Below, piece by piece: positions 26,520 through 41,000 of a stretch of 64,000 bases of DNA. Source of the stretch: Podarcis erhardii (Eukaryota); the NCBI GenBank assembly GCA_964252035.1, contig CAXUOO010000263.1. The stretch is one strand, 5' to 3'. The notes beneath the pieces are model-generated. The model worked only from the letters and a program-made list of their open reading frames with translations. It did not search any database and had not been told where the DNA came from. A program made the position numbers and the translations under genes. Every line of letters starts with the position of its first letter. Within the stretch, counting starts at the first letter, position 1.

Positions 26520-27674
26520 TAGGTTCAATTGCCTCGCTCACTCATTTGCAGCGGTCTCATCGCCTATGCGTGTACAACATATTTTATATATATATATATA
26601 TATAAATGGATTTCTGCGTAAAGTAGACTCCTGCTTCACCTGGTAGCCCCCACGGAGAAATACGTACAAGGGCGCTTAAGTGTTCATCGACAGTCTTTAC
26701 TTATACATATCTCTCATTTCGATATACGTTGGGCTGCCCTGTAGCGTAGATGTGCCAGATCTGCATATATATAGACAAATATATACATAAACCTGTGCAA
26801 TTACACATTTCAGTACGCCTCAGTTTCAGCTGTGACGTTTTGCTGGATAAAACTTTCATGTCAGGTATTTGACCTTCAACTCGCTTATACATGCACACAC
26901 GTGTGACTTAGTATGTATATATATAATACACATTTACGTACGTTGAATTTTTAGGTCAATTGTTTTGTATGAGTAGACAGAAAGTGCTGGTCGCAGAACG
27001 CTTTTTTTCATCTCGTTAAAGGGACATAGATAAAATATATGTTTACATATATATATACATACAGGAAAGATGATGTCAGGCGTACCGTAAGCATTTTTAT
27101 TATTTTATCGGGCAGACGGGAGGGGACTACAAAGATTGTATTTTTCGAAATATGTAGGCAAATTCATGTCTCCGGGATTCAATGCCTTCCTGCTTTTTTT
27201 CCCTTGATATGCTTGAATGCGTAAATATATCTTGTTCATATATATATACATACTTGTAATCTCGTAGTCTGCGTAGTTGAATATGTATATACTGCATATG
27301 TTTCCTCGTATACCTAGGAAGCTTCCAGGAAAGGTAGACGCTGCTTTTCTTCCATATAAATTGCATGTCATATATATATTTTTTTCCACTGCGAAGAATA
27401 AACTTTTGTTTTCTTCGAATTCTCTTGCGGTTCAAGGAAATCGAGCGAGCTTCCTCTTCTATTTCACACAAATTGGTAGTCTAGTAGATATATTAGTCAA
27501 ACAGAGACCTGTGAATCAAGTCTGTTTTTGACAAAAAAGAGAACCTTTTGCCATAGCGTGAACGCAAATGTTCGTTCATTCTCTTACACATATCCATGAA
27601 CACATGTTTCTGAAAAACACTGTCTAAGTATAAAGAAAAGTACGGTTGCATGCATATTTGCATATAGAAAACAG

Positions 27675-27720
<46 letters not shown>

Positions 27721-27934
27721 GGGACAAATAAAATGATGTTCTTTGAAGTCCTTTCAGCTTGCTCTCGTCCGGCCGGATCATAAGGTTTATACGCGTAGAC
27801 CCATACGTATAGATGTAGCCGTGTACCCAGGTGTGCCACCAGTATACGCTAAACATAACCTTTTCTTTGTTTATACGCTCAGGTATAAATATGCATACGT
27901 TACTCAGAGTCATGAACACAGGCATGTATATACA

Positions 27935-27975
<41 letters not shown>

Positions 27976-28750
27976 CATTATGCAACGAGACCGTGTAAAG
28001 CATATTTCATGATACGGTACAAATAACGACTTCGAGTGAGCAGTCATATGTACCGCTGAGGTACGCGCAATGTGACAATTCCTTATTCTAACAAAGTAAA
28101 TAACGTCAATTTAATGCACATATGTTTTTCCTTGAGAACACGTACGTAGAAGTCACAGAGATATACATACATGCATCATAAATAGTTTACACTACATCAG
28201 TTTTCCGAGAATATATATACAGGTATGCAATTACTTATAACACAAGAATTATTCCCTATATAGAACATGTTCTGAGAACATATATACATATACAAACAGG
28301 TTTTGGGAATTTCACGTATACATATAGACATATAAGCAAATCGACTGGTCCGGCGGTGAGGCTCGTGCATTCTTATAAGCGCTCAGTGGCATAACGCCGC
28401 TCCATCATTACACAAGAAGATGCTACAAGAAGCCTGCTTCTACTCGAAAAATGCCTTCTAAATTTCACAAAAAAGAAATCTTCTGACGTCTTCGCTGCTT
28501 CTTCACAGCACTAACATTTCGGGCTCAAATTTCACTGATCGTTACCTCTATATATCTTCGTTACTGAGGCTGGCGCTACCGCATGCAGCAGCACATCTTC
28601 CTTACCGGATTAGCAGCAACAAAAAAAAGAAAGCTGCTGCTGTTCCCGCAAACACACCTATTGGAAACCACCAAAAACTAATTAACATATATACACACAA
28701 TTTGACCAATGTTGTGTATATGCTATGTACACATATAATGTAAATATCAT

Positions 28751-28791
<41 letters not shown>

Positions 28792-28884
28792 TACTCATAC
28801 CTTGATACGGCCTTCATGAACAAGGATTGTCCAGCGGAACAAAGTGACATGAAGCCGTCCACATATACATGCCCACTACATATG

Positions 28885-28918
<34 letters not shown>

Positions 28919-29246
28919 TATACATCTATACTTGCGCTGTCGGAGTGAAACTGGACTGTTACCAGCGGCATATATGTATTACTCTCGAGCAGCAAATTAG
29001 ACGCAAGTATGCTCCAAGTTTGTTTGCTTGATTGCTGTTATGACTTGCTTTTATGAGCACTACCAAACAGATTTCGAAATCAACAAATTTACTATATATA
29101 TATGTATATCATAAGTAAAAAAGACTTAGATATGCTATTGCCGTGGCCCCTTCTTCGCACACCAACAGGCTCAGAATACAACAACAGAAGCAGCAGCAAG
29201 GCCTTTACTGCTGCGTGAATGGGCTTACTCCACAAACGAACAATGT

Positions 29247-29296
<50 letters not shown>

Positions 29297-31563
29297 TGCT
29301 TGTACTACCTTAGAATAGGGGGACATACAACTTTACACCAGATCATATTCTATATGACTCGCGCTTTCATATATAGGTTTCATGAGCAAAAATACCAAAG
29401 CACATATATATATATATATATATAATTCTTCATAATTACTCATATGTATATACGCAAGTGTGCGCCAGTTTTCAAAGAAGGTGGCTCGAACACGCAGCGA
29501 AAATAAAGAAATTCGACTGAACAACTGCCGAAATCATAAAGACAGAAGAGCCACCGTTGTCTGTGCTGTAGAAACGCAGCTCAGACTTCATCAGCAGCAG
29601 CACATTAATGTATATGTAGCAGTTGGCTTCTGTTACGAAGCAGCACACAATGCTGAAATGTACAACTGCTCAGAGCTGCTTTTCCTGCACGAAAACTGCT
29701 GTTGCGAAGGATTACACTGGTTCAATTGCACAGTCCATCCCTAATGATATGATCTACAGAGATATACTTATGTAGCGATGATGGTGCCAGCAGCAACGAA
29801 AAACAATAGCACCAAAAGATATCTAGTTGCACATATAGCAGAAGCGATGGGACAGTTTATACCAACAAGAACGGGAACCTCAGAAGAGTTCGAAACCACT
29901 TTGGCTCACATGCGCAAGAGTGATTTACATAACATATGCATATTATCTTCTTCACATCCAAATAGATGCATATTTCCCTATATAAAGAAAATCTATATAC
30001 CTCTTATGTTATTTCAGTTGAAAATCTCACCGTTGTACAAAACTCGCGCACGTCTCCAATCACACATCTATAAGTTCACAGATACACATATATATATATA
30101 TATATATATATACGTGTATAGCATCTAGATTGGGTTTTTCAGTAGATGATGATGTCCATGCACTGAGCAAAGTATAAAAACAAAAACGGCATATCAGTTA
30201 TCGAAGGTTGCATTTTATAGAATGCCGGTGACCTGTTGCTCCTGCTGTTGCTATTCTCTTTGTAGAATGAGCATCAGATACGAAAAAAAGTTTTCTTTCT
30301 TCCACAGCTACAGAGCTTGCAAAAAAGGATTGAAGTAGTATCATCATACATTGTTGTGCATAAGCCTCTCAACAATAGATGCAGTCTGCGCATCTCTTTC
30401 CGTCAATATAGTATATAGGTATAATTATGCAGAATTTATCAATTGTGCATGTGATAATATTGCGACATAATCAGAATTGTAAATATCTATATGTATATGC
30501 AGCGGATGCAGGATTTCTGCGACTGTTTCCAGCGTTCCGTTGCTGCACTTTCAGCAGCTATAAATTTGAGGTAACAGCAGCTGTAGAAGGTGCAGCGATT
30601 TCACATAACAAAACTAAATCACTGGAAATGGTGTTTTTGAGAATATGACAGAAGTAGGAACGAAAGCGAGCAGTGAAAAGAATCCCGTTTTAGCAGCAGT
30701 TGTTACGCCAGAAGGGCAGCGCGGATTTTCGGGAAGCTGCAGCAATGATTGTTAAGTATGCGCAAAAACACTGGCGATAGTAATGTTCGACTCCAATTCC
30801 GCCTTTTTAAAAATAAGACACTAGTGAAGGCAGCCGGTACCCCGCAAAAAGAGACCAAAGCAGAAACAACACCAGCTATTGCAGCTAGCTGCGGAGCTTA
30901 TGATGTATGAAGCAGCAGCATCAGCGCAAAAGGAGATCAAGAAAATCAACAGCAGCGGTATTATCTTTGGTGCTTTTACAGTCACGACACGTACAAGGTG
31001 TCGTCAAGTGCAGCAGAAGCTGCTGCTGTAACTGAGCAGAGTCGGCACCACCCATACGTTGGTGGTCTCTTAGAAAAGCAGCAGCCGGTGGTTGATGTGT
31101 GTGTAGATTTCACTTTCGTGAACGCTCAGAACATTTTTTGCGCTCTCTCTTTTCTGGGAATGCTGAGACAAGCATTCTGAAGAGAAGCAATTTCTGAAAA
31201 GAACTTTCCGTAGCACGCACAAGCTGTACGACATGTCTCTCTCTCTATATATGTATGCTGACTGACTCGCAGAAATTTTTTCAGAATTTTTTCTGTGCCA
31301 CACTTTCTATTCTATGTTTTCGTAGCAGCGCTTCTGCAGAGACTGTGTGTGTGTGTGAACCAGCAACTGACTGCGTTTTCGTTAGCGCTCGTGCGTTGAC
31401 TCGTGTTCTTTCCAGCCTGTCATTTTGCACGAGCAAGTCTCGCTAATCGTTTCAGCCCAATCGCGCAGCAATCAGCCACAAAAAAAGCGTTTTGTGGTTG
31501 TTTTTTAGGGTAGAGAATTTGCTGCAAGAACTAGGTGGAGACGGAGAACTGCTGCTAACAGTG

Positions 31564-34500
31564 CTACGCGAAGTCTGAAAGAAAGTCAGGGTCAGAATGC
31601 AACTGCTGCTCATGCTCAGCCGCTGCTGCAGCGGTCAACAAAGAGAGCTGCTTTCGTGGAGACTCACTGAGACTTCTGTGTCTCACAGTATCGGCTAAGT
31701 TCCTATAAATTCCGTCTTCGAAAGCCACACAAGGTAAAGCTGCAGTGGCAGCATCGAGAGCAGCAGCAGCAGCAGCAGACCAGGCACTCGGTGCATAAGA
31801 AAGAGCAGCCTCAACAGTTGCAGTGGCTTTTTTCACTTCTTCTGCAGAAGGCCAAGCCTCTTCGTCAGCTGCTTCGACAGCTGCACGAAAACTCTTTTTT
31901 TCGGGTGATGGGTTACTCAGTGCTTCATCACTATCGCCAGTCGGCGATGCTGCTGCTGAGCCTCTCAGCCAAGCAACAGCAGCTGCTGCAGCAGCAGCTT
32001 CGTCTTCTTTGTGTTGTTGCAGCCATCGTGCAGCTTCCTCAATATTTTCAGCATCACTTTCACCCACAGTCGCAAGAATCGCAGCTGATGGTGGTGGCTG
32101 GCGTTGATTGACTGAAGAAGCAGAGCCCCCAGCTTCAGCTCTTTCGTGCGCAGTCGCCTCCACATTTGCGTGGAAAGTTTCTGTTTGAGGCTGCTGACAG
32201 GCAAGACTAGCAGCTTCGTAGTTTTTTTGCGACTTCTTTTTCTTGTCGACCACAGTAGGTGACGTCGTCGTCGACGACGCAGTTCGGAACTTACTCACGA
32301 TTTGGGGGTCTTTATCAGTTTTTCGAGCACACTGCGCAAAGTCCGTATCTGCAACAGTCGCACTAGCAACAGCACCACCACCACCATCGCCACCACCAGC
32401 AGCAGCCAAAGGAGACCTGCTTTTTCGTCTGCGCTTTCGACTTTGCGGACTGCGTTCAGTGAGTTCTTCCACGCCCAACAATTCTTCGCGAGAATAAGGC
32501 GATGGATATTGAGAACAATGACGCTGCTCTTGTGGCTCCTTCTCTCTACACAAAGAAACCGGCAGCAATTGCTGCTGAAGTCTCTCAACAACCACACCAC
32601 CACCACCACCACTACTACTACAATCACCACCACCACTACTACCACCACCACCACTACTACTACTAATGTCGGCACTGTTGTTATGTTGACTAGTTGGTGA
32701 CAAAAAAGCGTCAACAACCCAGTCTGCAGCAGCAGCAGCAGCACCTCCAGCAACTGCTCTGTCGCCCTCATCCACACTGCTGGTTTTACTGCTGCTTTCT
32801 TTGTTGAGCAAATCCATAGCAGCCAAGCCAGCAACAACAGCAGAGGCTGCTGCTGTTGTGGTTGGTCGCTTGCTTTTGCCCTTGCGACTCGAAGAACTCT
32901 CCTCTCGAAGCGGAGAAGTTTGTCCAGACAAAAAAGCAGAAGAAGAAGAAGCAGCAGCAGCAGTGTGAGCACGTGGCATCAATTTCGCAGCTTCAGCAAC
33001 GAGAGCCAAAGTTTCAGCGACTTCAGCGGCAGTTGGGGCAGTCGCGTTTTCACCAGTGGCGACGACAGAAGACTGAGGGAGAAAGAGGGGACGCCGCTCA
33101 GCTTTTCTAGCGTCAGTGACGTCCACGTCGATCATACAGAGCCCATCAGGAGTTGTAGCAGTCGTGTTGCTGCTACTTGCAGTAGTAGGAGTTGTGGTTA
33201 TCGTTGTTTTCGAGACAGTGCTTTTCGCGCTCGTCGTCGTCCGTGCAGCAGCAGCAGCAGCAGCAGACGAGTGACTTTTTTCAACAGCAACAGCAGCAGC
33301 AGGAGAAGCACTTGTTGCGGTTGGAGAGGGAAGCGAGAGAAGCAAGGGACTTGCATGCAGCAGCTGCTTGGAGACAGCACTGCCTCCTCTGCTGTTCTCA
33401 GTTTTGCCCCGCAGGACGTTGTTCTCTGCACTTTCGCAACTGCTCCTGCTGCTCGTGGGTGTACAGACACTGCGACTGCTCCGCGGGGTGCACGAACAGA
33501 CACTGTCTTCAGCGCCACTGTCTTCTTCTTCTTCTTTGCTTTCGTCGCCAGCAACAGCAGCAGCAGCGAAAAACCTTCTTCCACACAAAGGAGGCAGGCG
33601 CCCTCTGCCGCCACCCACTGCTTCCTCTCCACTTGTTTTGAACGCGCTTTCGTCTCTGCAGTAGTAGCTGGAAACAGCAGCCACTGCTCGCTCGTTCTTT
33701 TTTCTGCGAGAACTCGCTCGACTAGCGCGACTGCGATCGCTGCCGTCGCTCTTCTCACCGCCTCCTCTTCCTCCACCAAAATCAGGCGAAACCGACCTCA
33801 AACTTCTACCTCCACTTACACCTCCACTTACACTTACACCTCCACTTACACTTACACCACTTACATTTACACCAGCTGCTCGAGCAGTGAAAGAAGAAAA
33901 TCCTCCACCGCCTCCGTCATTGGTGCTGCGCGCTGCAGCAGTAGTGGGCGACACTGGCACACTACTACTACTGCTACTACTGCTACTGTTGGTGGTGGAG
34001 TTTCCACTAGTGGAGGCACTGCTGCTGCTGCTGGTGGGGGTGGTGCAGACTTTCTGTTTGAGGGCGCGTTTGCTAGCCATACTCACCGGCAAGTACTCCA
34101 CCACGAACCACTCAGGATTGACTGGAGTGTTGGAAACAGCGCACTTGTACAAAATGGCTGCTTCTCTCGCTTCTTCGAGCGAAGCAAAGTGGCCCAGAGA
34201 AAAGCCCTTGCTGCGCAGACGCCCTTCTTCTCTCCACTGACAGCGCCACAATCGACGCGCTGCATCGAAGTACACCCCTGTAGGCAGCAGCCCCAAAGGC
34301 ACCAGTTCATCTTCACCACCACCAATTCCACCACCATTTCCACCACCATTTCCACCTCCAGAAGAAGCAGAAGGGGACTGTGGTGGTGGTGGTGGTGGTT
34401 GACTGCGAAGCAGTTTTTGCTGCGGCTTCTGCGGCGTGGGCTCTTCGTGGTAAAACAACTGCAACTGCTGATCTTCACTCAGTGGTGGTGGTGACGGTGG

Positions 34501-37500
34501 TGGGGGTGGAGGGTGGTGGTGGTGAAGACTTGCTGACGAAGCTGGTGGTGGTGGTGAAGAAGGTGAAGAAGAAGAAGAAGATGAGGGTGGTAAGAAGAAC
34601 AAGAAAGGTCGTTGTTTTTGTTGTTGTTGTTGTTGTTGTTGACGGTGTGGAGACAAGTTGTGGTTGTCGTAGGCGCGTCGGCTGGTGGTGGGGGGCGACT
34701 GCTGCTCTAGAGGAAGAGGAGAGGAACTTGCGTTTTCTCGCCGACTGCTGCTGCTAGTCAAACTAGTTTCTTTCCCACTTTTCCTTGCGTAGTTGTTTGC
34801 GTTCCACTCGTCACTAGTGTCTTCTAGTCGACTGCGCAAGAAAAAAGACGCATCCACGTTGTTTCCATACAAATCCTGTTTCTCGCCTCGCTTTCCAGCC
34901 TCCTCCTCACTGCGACCACTACTACCACTACTACCACTACTGCTACTGCTTAACAAACCTTGTCGAAGCAGAGCTCGCCCTCTACTTTTGCTCGCACGAC
35001 TACTACTGCTTCTGCTGCTGGTGCTGAGCACCTCTTTTTCTTCGCCACAAAAGAAGGGGCTCTCTCTACTGAGCAGTGCGTCGACTTTTGCTTCTTTCTC
35101 AAACAAAGCAGCTGAAAGACTACCTGCACCACCACCTCCACCAGTACTACTATCATCACCACCAGTATTCGCACCAAAAGCAGTAGTAGCAGTAGCAGTA
35201 GTCTGACTGCCTTCAGCGTTTTCCCTCCTTTGCCAAGTCGAAGCAGAAGAAGAAGGAGAAGAAGAAGCAGCGAACTTTCGCAGCAGTAGGAGTTGATGTG
35301 GTGGTGGTGGTGGTGGTGGTGGTGGTTGTTGGTCGTAAGGAGGTCGACGCGAACTGAGTGCGAGGGAGTTGGTTTTTGCTGCTTTTTCTCCCAACAACCA
35401 GGAACCAGAATCCAGCGACTTCGCTTTCTCTTCTTCCACAGCTTCTGCAGACTGCGACTGCAGCGTCTGCAGCCACAACAAAGGCCCCCCCCCACTCGCT
35501 GCAGAAAAAAATGCAGCTGAATGATCTGCTTGAGCAGCTGAATTCAGCCCCAGCACTGTTTTTTGCGCTTGCGCTTGCTGTCGCAGTTGTTGTCTCGCAA
35601 GAAAGCGAGCCAACAAACCAGTGTTTTGCAGCAAAGAGCAGAAACTCGCTTCTTCTTCTTCGGGGGCTCTGGAAACTGCAGCACGCGTGGTTGCGTTTTT
35701 CTTCTGTTGCAGCGCTGTTTCGAGACATCTTCTCACAGCAAGGAGTTGCTGCAACTCCGCTGCACAAGCAGGAGCAGCAGCAGCACCACTAGCAGCAGCA
35801 GTTGTGTTCGAAGGAGTGGAAACAGCAACAGCAACAGCATTTTTTTCAGTGGAGCCCCTGGGTGAGAGCAGCAGCGGTGGATCCGCTTGTTGTTGCGCGT
35901 TCATTTTCTCGGCTGCGCTTTTCTTCTCTTCGACAGCTGCATTCACTAGCGTGTACAAACCGGCTGCCAGTTGCAGCAGTTTCTGCTCTTCCTCCTCTTC
36001 TTCTTCTTCCTCCTCTTCTTCTTCTGCTTCTCTCGCGTGCCTCTCTGTCTCTGCCTTCTTCTTCTTCTTCTGTGCAGCAGGCGTGAAAAGCCCCACCTCT
36101 TTTTCCCCGCTTTCTTGTTTCCGTTCTTCTTCTTCTTCTTCTGCTCGCTCCACTGGTGGCTGCATGCGCAGCAGTCGTTCCCTCACTTGCAGAGAGCCCG
36201 CTGCTGCCGAGCTTTGTGGCCTGCTGCAGGAAGCAGCGACTGCATGCACTGCTGAGTGAAGCAACTGAAAAGGCTGCTGCTCTACTGCTGCTGCTGTTGA
36301 GGTGGTGGAGGTTGTCGAAGATGATGGTGGTGGTGGTGGTTGTAGTCCAGCAGCAGCAGCAGCCGCTTGTTCTCGCACAAATCGATGCAGCAAACTCGAA
36401 GCACTTACCGCGTTTTTTTCCTCTTCTGCTGTGTGTGTGTGTGGCGTGGCTTTTGTAGGCGAGAAACTGGCCTCGATTTTGCGCGTCGTTTCTTCTTCTT
36501 TTCGTTTCAGGGGCTGCGTCAACTGCTGCTGCTGCAGCAGCTGCAACAGCAAGAGCGCTGCTGCTTCTTCTTCTGCTTCTTTTTCTGCTTTTTCTGCTTC
36601 TTCTGCTTCCTCTTTTTCCGTCGTGGTTGCTGCGCTTCTTCGGAGAGGAGGCTGCGAGTCGTCTGTTTTCACTCTCCAGCGCGTTTTTTGTTCCTCGAAA
36701 GAAAGGGGCTGCATCACTTGGCGTTGTCTTTGTTGCTGCGCAAAAAGAAAGGCCTCAGCCAGTGGCTGGCTTTCTTCGCTCTTCGCTCTTGCAAAAAACT
36801 GCGTGGTCTCTTCTCTTGCTCTCTGCAGTGGAGCTGCTGCTGCAGAGTTTTGCCTCGACTCCACCGCTGTCGGTGAAAAAGTCCGCACCCGCTGAAAACT
36901 CGCTGCAACATCACCACTACTCCTACAACTATTGCTGTTGTTGTTGCTTTCATTACCACTGTGGTGGTCGCCTCTTCTGCTAGTCCGTCTCTCACTTTCT
37001 TCCTCGCTCTCCTCACAATCACCATAAGAGTAATATCCACGACTATCACTACTACTATTACGAGTGCGATTACGATTGATACTACTTTTGGTTCCAGCGC
37101 CCTCTTCTTCTCCAGAGAAATCCACACCCACACACTCACCGTCGTTCAGTGCTTTCTCCACACTACTGTTATTAGTACTAGTAGTTCTTTGAGTGCGTGA
37201 TTTCTGCTCTTCGGTGTTTCGAGTTTCAGCTCCGAAACTGCGCTCAGACTTCTCCGCAAGTGGCTGCTGAGAGTCCGTCAGCGACTGTGTGGGTGAGTGC
37301 GTGAGTGGGAGCTGCTTTGCCTGCTGAAACTGCTGCATGCAAGGCGCTGCATGCAAAAGCAGCAGTCGCTGCTGCGCTGCTTGGGCAGTCGACAGACGGT
37401 CTAGCCAAAAAGAAGGCGCTGCATTGACTGTCCACAAGTGACTGAAAGGAGGAACTCCCGAAAGAGCAGCCGCAGTTTCAGAACCAACTGCAGCAGCACT

Positions 37501-37664
37501 TGCTTCGAAAACTGAGGACGCAGCAGGCGACAAATATCCAGTGCGGTACGCAGAGCTGGCCACTGTCGGAGAAAAAAAGCCGCTTCTTCGACTGCTGCTG
37601 TGGCTACTGCTACTTGTGCATGCGCTGCTTTCCTCTTGTGGAGCTGGGCTCGACGATAGCCCTC
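31564..37664 (-). CDS. ApiAP2 transcription factor (one AP2 domain, otherwise low complexity); 5' end uncertain (first in-frame ATG at 37338, acceptor-like ttttcag|37664)
   Basis: A 2049-codon open frame containing LPTGVYFDAARRLWRCQWREEGRLRSKGFSLGHFASLEEAREAAILYKC. From memory this resembles the Plasmodium AP2-L / Toxoplasma AP2XI-4-type domain; orthology not verified. Confidence 0.9.
34105..34290 (-). other. AP2 DNA-binding domain
   Basis: GVYFD..RRLWRCQW...G..RSKGFS..HF..LEEAR..AI.YK pattern (three beta strands plus a helix). Confidence 0.92.
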
Positions 37665-38071
37665 CTGAAAAGCAGAACCACCACCAGCACACAAAAAGGC
37701 GTCCACACACCACAAACCTTTGCAGAAGAAGAAAAAATGCTGCACAAAAAAGTCCTTGTCAATACACTGAAGTGGCGTTTTCTGCAGTTTATGCAAATGC
37801 ACACAGGCGTCATCCAGCACCACGCAGTGTACATGCACTTGTACGTCGAACACTGGTAAAGATTCACTTCTGTTCGAGAAAAGTTGAAGCGCCAAAACGA
37901 AACAAATCGTCCTCTGCATGTCGCCCGTTTCACTCCATAGACGCGTGTGAACGCAATACACGCGCGTCTCTCGCTTTCTCTCTGTCTGCGTATGAAGTTC
38001 GTACAGTCACAAATGACTGTATATGTGTATGTAAAAAAGCGTGCAAGAGTCTCTGCTCTCTCGCAAACCAA

Positions 38072-41000
38072 TCATCTCAAAAGTAAGTCGAAGAAACCCC
38101 TCTTTTTTTCCACACAAGGTGTCTGTCTGTGGAGAGTGCTTTGCATGCAGAAAGAGCCTGCTCGAAACGCACCTGAGAAAAATCCAGCGCGACAGACAAG
38201 TCTTCTCGGAGACGGGAGTTTGCTGTCTTCAACTGCTCCGAAAAGTCCACTGATGAAACTGGAGAACTGGGGGTCGAAACAGGGCTCTTCAAAGAACTCC
38301 AGTTTCTTTTCCGTCCGAAACTTCGGGAACCGCTGCTGCACCAAAGCAGGAGCTGGAGAACTGGCGCGACTTCGCCCTCCACCAAACGGCGAGTAGTGCT
38401 TGTTGTTGAAAGGCCCCCCAAACCACCACCCAACCACCTCCTCACATCGCTGCAACTGCTCCTGCTGCTGAAGTAATAGTAGTGGAAGCTGCTGCTGTTG
38501 CTGAAGTAATAGTAGTGGAAGCTGCTGCTGTTGCTGAAGTAATAGTGGGGGGAGTTGCTGAGTTTTGTGCGCGTCTGCTGCGTGGCTTTTTTTGCTGCTG
38601 CTTGGGTCGAAGTCTTCCTCTGCTTCTTCACTACTGCTGCTGCTGCTCGTCTCGGTCCAAGGCAGGCCAGCAGCGACTTTTCTTTTTTCAGCAGCGAAAA
38701 ACTCACTGCCCAAGTAGTTTTCTCCATTCCCCACATCGCAGTCGGAGCGCCAGTCGAGGCGATAGTCCAAACCTTCTCGCAACTTGGTCACTTCCACGCC
38801 TCCTGCCCACAACTGCTGCTGTTGCTGTTGTTGCTGTTGTTGCTGTTGCTGTTGTTGTTGTTGCTGTTGTTGATCTTGCAGTTGCGAAAGCAGGTCTTTG
38901 TTGTCGCTGAATCTGCTGCAGTTTTCGTCTCCACTGCTCAGCAGCAACAAGGAGCTCAGCAACTCCTCAGCTTCTGTTTTTTTCTGCCAGCGACAGACTC
39001 GAGACAGGCGTTGGGGGGACTCCTCCTTCAGGCGCTTCTTGTTGTTGCGCTGGTGGTGGTGGTTGAGCAGCAGAAGCAGCAAAAACGCGTTCACATCCAC
39101 TGCCCCTCGACTCCCAGTCAAACTCCCCCTCAGTTGAGCAGCAGTTCTGCGCAAACAGCTACCAAAAAATTCTCCACAAACTCCTCCTCCTCCTCTAACT
39201 ACTACTTCTACTGCTTTCGCTGCGTTCGCTCCTTCGCTGTTTTTTGAGTTTCGGGGGGGACCTGGCCCCTGCGTCGTCGACTCACACCAAAAGCGACTGA
39301 AGGTGGTGGAGGTGCTTTCTTCTTCTTTTTCCTCGCCTACACACAACTGCGCTTCCTCTTTTTCCTCGATTTTCGTCTGTGCAAAGTCGCCTTCGTTTCC
39401 TCCTCCTCGCCTTTCAGCGCTAGGCCTCGACGACGACGCAGCAGCAGTCTCAGCTACTGAGGGCGGCCTTGCAGGCAGCAACAAAAGCTGCTGCAGTGAG
39501 TCTTTGTTCGTCGAAGATCTCGTTGTGCATGCACCGCCACCACTATCTGCAGCCCCCACTGGAGACTCTTCTGCTGTTGTTGAGGTCTGCACATTTGCTG
39601 CTGCAGTGTGTGGCTCGTTCGAAGCAGCTGAAGCGCTACTTTTCCTCGTAGACAACTTCTCCTGGTTGGTGGTAAAAGTCTCGTCGCTGCTTTCCCAGTC
39701 TGCTTTTTCTGTGTTCGGTGGAAAATCCTTCACGCCTGTTTTTTCCTCTTTTTGGGGCTGCTGCTTGCATGCGCCACCACTGCGAATCGAATGAGTCGCC
39801 GAAACTCGCTCGACGAAGTCTTCAGCAGCAACTCCTCGCTCTTTCGCAGACGCTTCCGTTTCTGCTGTTTTGTTTCGTGCGAGTCCTCCTTCCAAAGACT
39901 TGCGCCTGGAGAAAGAGCAACTGGCTTCTTTTTCGACGGAGTTCTTGCCCCTCAAAAAAAGCGGAGCAGCTTCCTCTTCGTCTGCTGCTTGTTTGGTGGC
40001 GTCTCTCTTCTCTCCTTGTTCCTCTTCTTCTCTTCTTTCACCACCACCACCACCATCAAACAAGCAAATTTCGCGTTCCTTTTGCTGCGGATTGCGTCGA
40101 CGCGATAATACGGCACGGCCGACTGGCCACAGTTGCTGCAAAGCTTCACTCAGCAGCAACTCTTCGGCGTTTTCCACTGCCGCCCACCAGCTACTCTCTG
40201 CTGCTGTCGCTGTTCTGCTTTGTCCTTCTTCTGCGTGGGCGGTTTCCCCAACTTCTTCCTCTTTCTCTTTCTCTTTTTTTCCTGCTGCTGCTGCTTCTGG
40301 GCTGCTTCTACCTGCTTTTCTCACTGCTGCTGCCACCTGCTTTTCTGTGTGGTTCTCACTCAGGAAACAACCTGCAATCCGCTCCCGAAAATAATCGACT
40401 TGGTCCACCTGCTGCTCGCGTTCTCTGTTCTCTTTTTCCTTTTCTGCTTCTTTTCCTGCTTTTTCGTGGAGCATGCGCTGCTCCACCAGCAACTGCGTCT
40501 GAGTCGGAAACAACACAGCCAGCAACACCACAGCTTTGCTCGAAGAAGGAAGAGAGTCTGTCACTCCAGTGTAGCGACACTCCACCTGCAACTGTTTCAC
40601 TTGTTGTTGTTGTCGCAGCACACCTCCGCCCCGCCCCCGAAGAAGAGCCTCCTCTTTCTCCTCAAACTCAAACTCCTCTTCAACTTCACCCTCGACTTTC
40701 TCCTCCTCTTCTTCTTCGGCAACTTCGCCCTCGACTTTCTCCACCTGCTCCACCACCTCTTCTTCTTCTTCTTCCACTTCACCTTGGACTTTCTCCACCT
40801 CTGCTTCTTCTGCTTCTTCTTCGACTGCACCGTCGACTTTTTCCGTGATTTCTTCTTTTTCCTGTGGTTGTTTCTCCGCACTTTCCGGGGGATTTTCCAG
40901 CACCGCCGCCCCCAAAAAACTTCTCTTTTTCGTGCGAATTTCGCGCTTTTTAGGCGCCACTGGCTGCTGAACTGAGCGACTTTGCGCGACGACGGAAAGC

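Noticed and set aside
24700-31500. Short ORFs in the 7-kb region between convergent genes
   Set aside because: AT-rich, (TA)n-derived YI repeats and no recognisable protein; treated as UTR or intergenic.
32920-34494. Long opposite-strand or alternate-frame ORFs (e.g. 32920..34494 +, 19316..20461 -, 49042..49959 +, 46147..47109 +)
   Set aside because: Shadow ORFs of triplet-repeat-rich coding DNA; poly-L/V/C/S translations with no domain.
37790-37900. VHVHCVVLDDACVHLHKLQKTPLQCI as a possible ACDC domain next to the AP2 gene
   Set aside because: Similarity too weak, different frame from the AP2 ORF, and probably intronic.
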